From: Lama glama
Taxonomy: Eukaryota
Length of the DNA: 64,000 bases
Direction: 5' to 3'
NCBI GenBank assembly: GCA_028534125.1
Contig: CM052817.1
Coordinates: 84,880,001 to 84,944,000 of the forward strand
Positions 63,619 through 64,000 of the stretch are shown here, one piece after another; within the stretch, counting starts at the first letter, position 1, and each line of letters starts with the position of its first letter. A program made the position numbers and the translations under genes. The notes under the pieces were generated by a model. That model was given only the letters and a program-made list of their open reading frames with translations, had not been told where the DNA came from and did not search any database.

Positions 63619-64000
63619 ATACGTACTAAATCTTATTTTTATTTCACTTTATCGGAAGAAGAGATAAGTGGAAGAACTTGAAAGGAAGCTAAATTTCAGA
63701 CAAAATTTTCACCACAAGGATTATAGGTTATTAAAAAATAACATTAAACTAAGAAAAATTATGAAATAGTTTAGAATTTCAACATGCTTTCTTCTAATTA
63801 AATGCTCTAATTTTAGAGAGTGATACTATGAAGGAGGAGACAATAAGCCTTGTTCACTTTCTTCTCCTCTTTGTGTTTTTTAGTTGGAAAAGATTCATAA
63901 TGTTTATGTTCTTTTCTGCATCATAAATCCTGTTTTCTTGGTCTTAGTTCTACATGTGGATGGATTTTCTGCTCACCACCAGCCCCCTTTTCATGGCCTC

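Overview
This window is AT-rich mammalian (eutherian) non-coding DNA, either a large intron or an intergenic region. It is dominated by old transposable-element fossils: MIR, L2, L1M, MLT1/MaLR, an ERVL provirus and MER/hAT/Tigger DNA transposons. It also carries a few young, lineage-specific L1 3' ends and two 500-N assembly gaps. The young L1 3' ends, together with the absence of any Alu, BovA/Bov-tA, PRE1, CanSINE or B1/B2 that I could recognise, tentatively suggest a camelid-like artiodactyl. No protein-coding gene can be supported. The ORFs with recognisable content are decayed L1 ORF2, ERVL pol or hAT transposase, and the longest ORFs are artefacts of the N-runs. I found no convincing new biological system. 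The most notable observations are a near-perfect ~150-nt nested hairpin (56705-56853), a tailless 3'-truncated U2 snRNA retrocopy with a 19-bp target-site duplication (TSD), an internal L1 ORF2 fragment with a 14-bp TSD and no 3' end, a two-LTR ERVL provirus with a 5-bp TSD, and candidate non-coding exons on the minus strand. Repeat family names come from remembered consensus sequences, not from a database search, and most boundaries are approximate.
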